From contig OZ024740.1 in NCBI GenBank assembly GCA_964016885.1, positions 295,616,001 to 295,680,000 of the forward strand: a stretch of 64,000 nt of DNA, read 5' to 3'. Under the pieces are notes generated by a model. It did no database searches, was not told the DNA's origin, and saw only the letters and a program-made list of their open reading frames with translations. The DNA is from Eledone cirrhosa. Lineage: Eukaryota. Below are positions 55,962-64,000 of this stretch, one piece after another. Position 1 is the first letter of the stretch, and every line of letters starts with the position of its first letter. Made by a program: the position numbers and the translations under genes.

Positions 55962-58900
55962 TTATACTTCTCTTAGGTCAGTGTTGTTTGTTTGGGTGTT
56001 GTTGTTGTTCCACTCATTCTTTCTGTTTAGCTTTGGTTTTCTAATTTCTATTTCACTGGCCTCTCTGATTTGCCTATCTGCTGGGTCATTCCTATGTTTA
56101 GATATTATTCTAATTTCTATGTTGTCTATGTTACCGTCATGATGTTGTCTAGCATGTTCGTATAGTACTGACCCGTTTTTTCGTCCTTTTAGTTCCCCCC
56201 AGTGTTGGTCTATCCTTTCACCTATGCTACGAGCTGTCTCACCTATGTATGTTGTTGTCGTGTTTCTGCAAGTACCCTCTGTACATCTTATGCTATAGAC
56301 TACGTTTCTAGTTTTACAGTTTATCCGGGGGTTCACCTTACATATGATACATTTCCTATTGGTACAGTGGGTTTTCTTAAAAGGGTAGGTTTTGCTGATC
56401 AGGGATTTTATGGTGGTTCCTGGCTTTTCTACCACCTTTATTTTTAAGTGGGTCTTTCTCAGGGCCTTTCTACACTGGTTAGCTAATTTCCCTCCAGGGG
56501 TGGCGTCCACAAACATGACACTCTGATATCTCTGGTTGTCGTACCATGATGTGGCCTTCCCTATCTTATGTCTAGCCCTATCTAAGCTATTCCATGATTT
56601 GCTCCTGTATAGTGGGCAAATTCCTTTCATGTCCAGTTCTATGAGGGTCTTATACTTTTCCATGGCTCCTTCGTATACTCTGACTCTGTCTCTTTGGTTG
56701 TAGCCAGAGAACTGCATGCGGTTGATGAAGTGTTGGATGTGTCCTTCCATTTCTGTTGGGTCGCACATGCTGGACACATTCTTCATCACTCGTACCAAAT
56801 CTGCGATCAGAATATTAAACTTAGCACTACTGGACATTGCTGAGTTTTTGAGTATCAGGTATTTGGAGGCCATGGGTTTAGCATAGTGTGAGTGGAGAAT
56901 TTGGGCTCTCTCGTCTATAGTGTTAATCCAGAGTTCTGTGTCTAATACAGGTAGTCTATTGTTAGGGTGTTTGGAAGGGAAGTCTATAGTTACAGTTATA
57001 CTCTGGTGTATGGAATTAGCTATCTGCTGGATGCTTTCCATCGTGCTACGTTCTAAATCAAACTTGTTAGTGCTCTCTAGTGGGGGTGTTCTTATAACTA
57101 TATTGATATCGTCTACATAACGAGAGTACATGATGAGGTCTATGGAGCTTTCATTAAGGAGATCTTTAAGTCTCCTTTCCCACCATACCATGAAAAGGTT
57201 GGCAACATCGCCAGCTATGCTGACGCCGATGGCTGCTCCCTCATTTTGGGTGTAGATTTTCTCATTGAACTTAAATATGTGGCCCTTTAGGGTAGTTTTG
57301 ATACTAGCCCCTATTGCATGTGCGACCATTTTTCTTACCTGATCAGTGTTTTGGGGGGTCCGTATAGCTTTGGTCCACCCAATCCACCTTCCTATGGGAG
57401 TCTTTTTAGCCATTGAGGTTATGGTGGGGGGTCTACCTCTTATAGGTCTACTAGGGCAGAAACATCTAAGGTCATGGCTGTCTAGGTAGTCAGTGTCGTA
57501 GGTAAGTCTAAGTAGGAGGCCTAGTTCGTCTGTGTCGACGTCGCAGAACTCCACCTCACTCTCAATGATCATCTCCACACATCTTTTCACAGCAAAATCA
57601 ATGTTAATGGATGGGTACAGTGACACCACATCCATGCTGCCTATTATGCAGTTGGATAGGCTCCTGTTTTTGTTGCACTCACTGATTCTGCTGAGGAGGT
57701 CCTCTGTACTTTCACATACATCTGGGGACATCTTGATTATGGGGCGTATAACCATTGAGAGGAAGTAGGAGATCCTGTAGTTGCTAGCTATATTAGCTCC
57801 GCATACAGGTCTTGTTGGTGGTCCTATTGTCGGGTCGTCGACTGTCTTGTGGTCTTTGCGGAGCCCATACAAGGGTGGTATGCCATTGTTAGACGCCTGG
57901 AAGTTGTTGGCAGTGCGTCTGCTTGGCTTTAGGATGTCAGTCCACATCATCATGTGAGCGTTGAGGATTTTTTTCTCTCCCATCGTGTGTTAGTTGTGCA
58001 ACTTCGCTCGTGTTGGTGATGTGGGGTTGCATTGCCTCGATGTAGTTCGGCATGCTATCTATTGACATCCTACCAGACTTATCTGTGGGTAGACACACTA
58101 CCTCACCATCCCTTGTGCGCTGCTTGAGGCTAACCAAGCCTTCTACAGGTTTTATCCCAAGTTGTTGGGCCTCTGGTCTGCTCTGTCTCATAGTGTACCT
58201 GTCTACTACTTGTCTAATCTTATTTCTAGCTATGGTGAACTGTGCCTCCGTCTCGTCATCTATTTGTTGTGGTATGCAAACTCTTTTATTAAAGGGTAAC
58301 CTCGTAGGATAGATATTACCCATCTTATATGTTTTGTCAGCTGGGTTGAAAAATAGTTTCTCTAAGGGGTTGTCGTTATTTCTATCGTCATAGTTGTGTG
58401 TGTTGCTATTATTGTTATCATGGTGGTTGTTGTTGTTTCTATCCTTAGCATTAATATTATTATTGTTATGATTGCTAGATGTATTGTTGTTTACTTCACC
58501 GTTATTGTTGTTGTTGTTACTGCTATTTCTACCATTGTGGTTGTTACTATTATTATGTTTCTTGTTTTTGTTGATGTTGCTACATGTACTATTTCCATTA
58601 TTACCACTGTGGTTATTGTTGTTGTTGTTGTTCGTATTGTTACCGTTATTACTACTGTGGTCACTGTTGCTGTGTCTGTGGTTAACGTTTCTATTATTAT
58701 TATTATTGTGGTTGTTGTTGTTCTGTCTATCGCTAGTATTATTACCATTATCACTATTTCTCACTTTCCTGCCATTGTTATGGTTATGGCTGTTATTTCT
58801 ATACCCAGAGTTATTGTTTATATTACTACTACCGTTATTATTGTTGTTGTTGTTTACCTTTGCATTCCAACGTATTTTTGTGAAACACTTTTCCAGCTCC

Positions 58901-59143
58901 GTTTTGCATTCCATAGGATTAATCTTTTTGTAGATGGCAAATTTTGGTGGTAACTTTAGGATTTGTTGTTCTTGTTCACTGATTAAAGTGTTCCCATAGA
59001 TATTTACTGTGTGGTCATTGGTAAATTCTTCCGGTAGTTTTACATCACTCATACGGATGTTGTCGATGTTATCTGGGTATTTTTGAGAATATTCGATTTT
59101 CCTTTCTTGTAGTTTTTTCTTATTCATCCATTCTAATTTCTTC

Positions 59144-59148
<5 letters not shown>
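55962..59148 (-). pseudogene. Second ORF copy, N-terminally truncated, with a +1 frameshift in a T run near 57968-57974
   Basis: Same protein split into 422-aa and 673-aa ORFs; T7 here versus T6 at about 53840. Confidence 0.9.
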
Positions 59149-59191
<43 letters not shown>

Positions 59192-59654
59192 TCATTTATG
59201 AACATATATATTGCACGGTTTCATGTCTCTTGACGCGAAAAACAAATTTATAATATACCAATACTCATTTGATTTCGGAAACCAGCTTCCCTTCTATACA
59301 TATTTTCCTTTCACTTCGAGTCTAGTTCTACGTATTTGTGGACACGTAACTCCCGATAAAGTTGTAGAGGCATTGTCAAGACATGTGATGGGCATTTTAA
59401 ACCTGGTAGAATCCATCTCCTCCCAGATCGGAACACAACTAATTTCCATTCTTCCAGAAACTGAGCGTATTTATGTGATAGGGGAAGAGGGAGAGAGGTA
59501 ATAAAAGAAAGTGAGAAAAAGATATAGAAGAAGAAAAAAGGAAAAAGAAAAGTTGACCTTGGTGGGATTTTAATTGAGAGAGCGCAGATAGTAAAATTGA
59601 ATACTACAAAACATTCTAGCAAGAGTTAATGGCCCTTTACCTATTTTACTATTA

Positions 59655-59878
59655 GATAATGGTTTCTTATATAGGTACAAGGCCAGCAATTTTGGAGGAG
59701 GGGAAAGTCGATTAAATCGAACCCAGTGCGTAACTGGTACTTTATTTTATCGACTTGGTAAGGATGAAAGACAAAGTTAATCTCGGTGGGATTTGAACTC
59801 AGATCATAAAGGGCCGTAACTCTATGCTGCAAAGCATGGCGTCCGACCCTCTACTGATACTGCCAATCCACCGTCCTT
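59655..59878 (-). mobile_element. tRNA-derived SINE
   Basis: Reverse complement of the 16267 family head and core. Confidence 0.85.
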
Positions 59879-60499
59879 AGGTAATGATACCAATATCCAT
59901 CCATTTCGTTTAAAATACCAGAAAAAATTACAAATTCATTCTAAATTCTTTAAAAGGGAAACATTATATTAACTCCGCAAAACTTGTATATGTAAATTTG
60001 GATAAAACTTTGATTACATTCTATTTATAACATTTGAATAATTTTTCCAAAGAATAATATGTTCAATTTAATTTAGTAAAGCAATGTTTGTCAGAATTGT
60101 TGCAAGCATTCGGAAGACGTCTCCACTCTGAAGATAATGTGATGCCCTGATGTGCTGCTTCCTACTTCAGAAAAACATGAGTCATGGTTCCTTTTTTTTT
60201 CCTTTCACATCAGCAGTATCAGAAGCTTTGCAATATATCGTAAGCGTCGTTCTTACACCCCTGACTAAGCCATAAAAATAGTTCTAATAACTAAGACAAG
60301 ATTACTGATGACTAACATATGATAGTTTCTGTGAAAGACTGTGATAACGAGATGGGTGTTTGTACGAATGATTGATTCAACTACATAAATAAGTTGATGG
60401 CATTTCGTTTGTTAACTAACAAAAATCTGAAGAGCAACATTATTTCATAACACTTCATATGAAACAGTTTCTTTTGTGATATGATTATGCTGGCATAGT

Positions 60500-61000
60500 T
60501 TATTATTATTATTATTATTATTATTGTTCTTTGAGTCACAGTCATTGATGTTATTTAACTGGAAAGTTTGTTGAAATGAATATCAAGCCGCTACCTGCAG
60601 CCTCAGACATTCAGGACGTATCGGAGGGTTCTTGCTGTTCCCAGCAAGCATGCCTGTTGAAGTGTTCCAAAAAGCGGGGCTGGACTAATCTTCTTTAACC
60701 ATCCTTGGAAACTCTTTGAAATACTACCTAGTGCGGCTATGACAATCGGGACGACCTTGATTTCATGGCGTTTCAAAATCCTTTTTAACTCCCACTTTAA
60801 ATCCTGCTATCGGTTAATGTTCTCCCTCTCCTTTTCTTGCACCCTCGTGTCAAATGAGCAGGCTACATCTACAATCAGGCACGATCTATTTTCCTTGTCC
60901 CGAACCACCAGGTCAGGCCTATTGTGTTCTAATTTCTTGCTCGTCTGTATCCTAAAATCCCATAGCACCTTCACCTGATCGTTTTCTATCACCGACTCTG
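60500..61000 (-). mobile_element. R4/Dong-clade RLE LINE 3' fragment ending in (TAA)n
   Basis: ENDQVKVLWDFRIQT..LEHNRPDLVV.DK....CLIVDVAC..D, VVPIVI.ALG, QQACLLGTA..LR.VL. Confidence 0.85.
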
Positions 61001-62128
61001 GTCAGGTGTCCATTTGCTGCCAACACACTTTTGCGCTGAGGGCTCACCATGCATGGCAGCAGATGCAGAAATATGGGCTGAGGCTACGGCATTTGCAGAT
61101 ATTCCTAAACGATAAACAGGCGTGGTCATCTTTTGTTAGACGCGTCATTCCGCTGTTCATATCTTTGACTGGTTTGCACTCGTAGGTCAAGCAAAGACTG
61201 AGACTGTGAGCTTGGCATCTGGAATATTGTCAGGCGCTCACAGCTTTTTACCAATTGAGCAACGCGGTTGGTGGAAATTACCCGTTCGCGTACTATAGAG
61301 GATTAGTAGCGGGCAAAAGCTACAAGATTCTTGGAGAAACTCTTGGCATCGAAACGTAAGAAACAAAACAGTGTATTCCGGAGGACTTTCGGCCCGGGTG
61401 GGGCTATGGACAATTTCCAGAAATCTCTGACTTGGCAGTGTTACTGGGAGGCATTGCCAGTTTGAGACAAATTCTACAGATATGGAAGTGCTGTCAGACG
61501 GACATGTCCAAGGTACACTCAGAGAGACGAAACCGTTCTGCACGCACTCGTCCAGTGTCCGTGTATTGCGTACTTGTGGAGTTTTGTTGAATAGTTATTG
61601 TCGTGGGTGTGACAGATCCGGTTATCACCCAACTACATTGTGAAGATCATCACACCGTCGGGGAAGGTAGGTAGTTTTTCTCTGTCTGGTGCCTATAGCG
61701 AAAGAAGTTGTGTAATGGATGTGGCTGATAAGATTGAAGACAGAAACATTCGTCTTCGGCCAATCTCTCATCGACGTTTTCAAGTTCCTGTTGGAAAGGA
61801 AGTTAAGCATGTACTCTCATCCCCAGTATACTTGTTATGAGATGCTTCAATGTAGCGATGATGGTCCGAGTGAATGGGCCTACTCTAAATATGCGCCTGT
61901 ATGCAGGGAGAAGAGGGGAGAGGAGCACGTTCATAGGGTGCTCTTAGAGATCAGGGAGCTTCATATCTGTGGGGTTCCCAAGCTACCCCTGGGTTGTGCT
62001 CTCTCCTATTGGGGATATTGATTGATTGTTGTTACCTGCTTTTTATTTTGGCGTTTTTTTTAAATGTAAAACCCTACTGCTCCTGTTCTGTTACAGTGTC
62101 CGTTTTTTCGATCCTAGTCTCCAATAAA
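61000..62128 (+). mobile_element. Diverged 3' fragment of a Tx1/L1-clade LINE
   Basis: MDNFQKSLTWQCYWEALPV*DKFYR..CPR..RDETVLHALVQC, homologous to 35700-35880. Confidence 0.8.
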
Positions 62129-62891
62129 GAAACAAAGAATCATTAGCATTAGTATTATTAGTAGTAATGGTATTAGTTGATGTTATTGTTGTTGTTGTTG
62201 TGGTTGTGGTGGTGGTTATGGAAATTTTGCTTTTGTGATAGTGGTTGTTATTTTTCGTGGGGGTGGTAACAATGGTGTACATTCTTTGCTAAACGAACAT
62301 GTATTCTTTATGTCGCAGTTCAGAACGATGTAATCATTCTTACCATTCCGAACAGCCACTTCTCAGAAATAAAAGAGAGAGAAAAACTAAAAGACAAAAA
62401 ATAATCAAAAACAAAAACAAGACAAAACAAACGAAAAAAACCAAGAAATTCCAAAGAGAAGTCAAACCAAAATAAACTAAACGTAAGAATCCTAGAATTT
62501 CAAAGCTCAACAATAACAACAGAAGTGGGGGACTAGAACAGGAAAAAAAAACAATCAAAAGGAAAAAAGTAATAAGAAAAAGGAAACATTGTTGATACTC
62601 AAAAGAATGTTCAAAGACAAAGACAAAATGACTTGAAACTAATCTAAAAAATAGTGGAAAAAAACATTGAAGAGTGAAACAAGAGTGAGGCAAAGGCAAT
62701 ATTTATATAAGAACATATAAGAGATTGAATATAGTCGGGGATTAGAAATCTCCTTCTAAAACAAGGCGTTACTTTAAATATTTTCTTATTCCTGTTTGAT
62801 ATTTATTTCACTAGCTGACATTTAAGTGGGGGAATACAAACCTTAACAGTAGGAGTCGCTTGAGGAATTATCTGTCCAACACACACAAACG

Positions 62892-62985
<94 letters not shown>

Positions 62986-63098
62986 AACACGCACACACGT
63001 ATGTAAATATACATGCGTTTATGAATGTACGTACTGTATATTGTGCACGTACACGTATGAAAGTATAACACATGCACACATACATGTATGTATACATT

Positions 63099-63130
<32 letters not shown>

Positions 63131-64000
63131 CGTGTATGTGTGTGTGTGTGCGTGTGTGTAGTGTCAAGATTTTCCGTAGACTGGATAAAGGAAAAATAGC
63201 GCTCTATGCTCTATACAAAGCTAAAGCATATTATAAATACATTCTCAACACAGTTGCATGCTACCTAAGGTTTCAAAGTCTATTCTAGCATAAGCCTTAA
63301 AGATCGTATATGTACTAGTGTTACTATAAGTGCTTATCTGTCACGAAGTACCAAGATGGCTGTTATTATTTAAAGGAAATCTCAAGTGAAAGGGAGGTAA
63401 TCATAATGTAATATAATTTTGTGTTTTTGTTATTCAAGGGGAGCAACTTCTCTGTCTGTTGATTATAATTGTAATTGTAATTGGTAAAGTATCTGTATTG
63501 TGTGTATGTGTTTTCTTATGTATAATTATATAGATTGTTCTAGTAAATGTTAAGGCTAACATAGGCAAAAAACGTGAAGAGTAGCATAGGCAAAGAACTC
63601 TTAAAACTGATAGGCAAACATTTCCCCCTTGAACATAATTATAAGAAAAGTTTCAATAGGCTGACGGTGAACATTAGCTACTCCTGCTGACCATCATGAT
63701 TTAAAAAAATAAAACATAAAATGAACCTGCAGATAATAAGCATTGTTTATTATCATAAAGAGATTGTGTAATGTGACAGCTGCAGCTTGAATATGTTGGC
63801 TTCCCCGATACTGGTATTTAGAGTGGGTAGTTGATTGGGTTTACGGGATATCAGTCAGAAATTGTGGATGATGTCTTAGATATAGTATAGACATTTAGTT
63901 TGTATTTGGCTTTATTTAAATGTGTGTATTAGTTACGAGTTGGCCTTCGATAATCTTATACACTGGGTGTTTTGTTTATTGTTGGCTTTGTTTTCGGAAT

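Larger units (their letters stand above)
51313..59148 (-). mobile_element. Naiad-like PLE family A, 1.9 tandem units (unit 4128 bp) in (TA)n
   Basis: 51313 onward repeated at 55441 onward nearly identically; upstream unit 5'-truncated at 59148; TA flanks on both sides. Confidence 0.95.

Noticed and set aside
57968-57974. Programmed frameshift in the second unit
   Set aside because: The sister unit is in frame; a homopolymer indel or sequencing error is the simpler explanation.

Overview
AT-rich, microsatellite-dense animal DNA, almost entirely repeat-derived; the SINE and microsatellite content suggests a cephalopod such as octopus (inference). No host protein-coding gene is confidently supported; there is one candidate terminal exon at 4970-6113 (-). 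The window is dominated by Penelope-like retroelements (PLEs) inserted into (TA)n tracts. These include a 1.9-unit seamless tandem of a Naiad-like PLE with an intact 1210-aa RT+GIY-YIG ORF (51313-59148), two YRDD-type (Hydra-like) PLEs, and many short non-coding derivatives. About a dozen minimal type-I hammerhead ribozyme motifs can be read in their terminal repeats, some with compensatory stem changes. A recurrent architecture appears in at least six unrelated families: fold-back insertions whose two arms end at two different termini about 60-150 nt apart. Also present are degenerate Tx1/L1, CR1, RTE and R4/Dong LINE pieces, a mariner relic, tRNA-derived SINEs, a 40-bp minisatellite and a 200-N gap. 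All coordinates were read by eye; element boundaries are approximate to a few nt unless stated, and family letters are my own labels.
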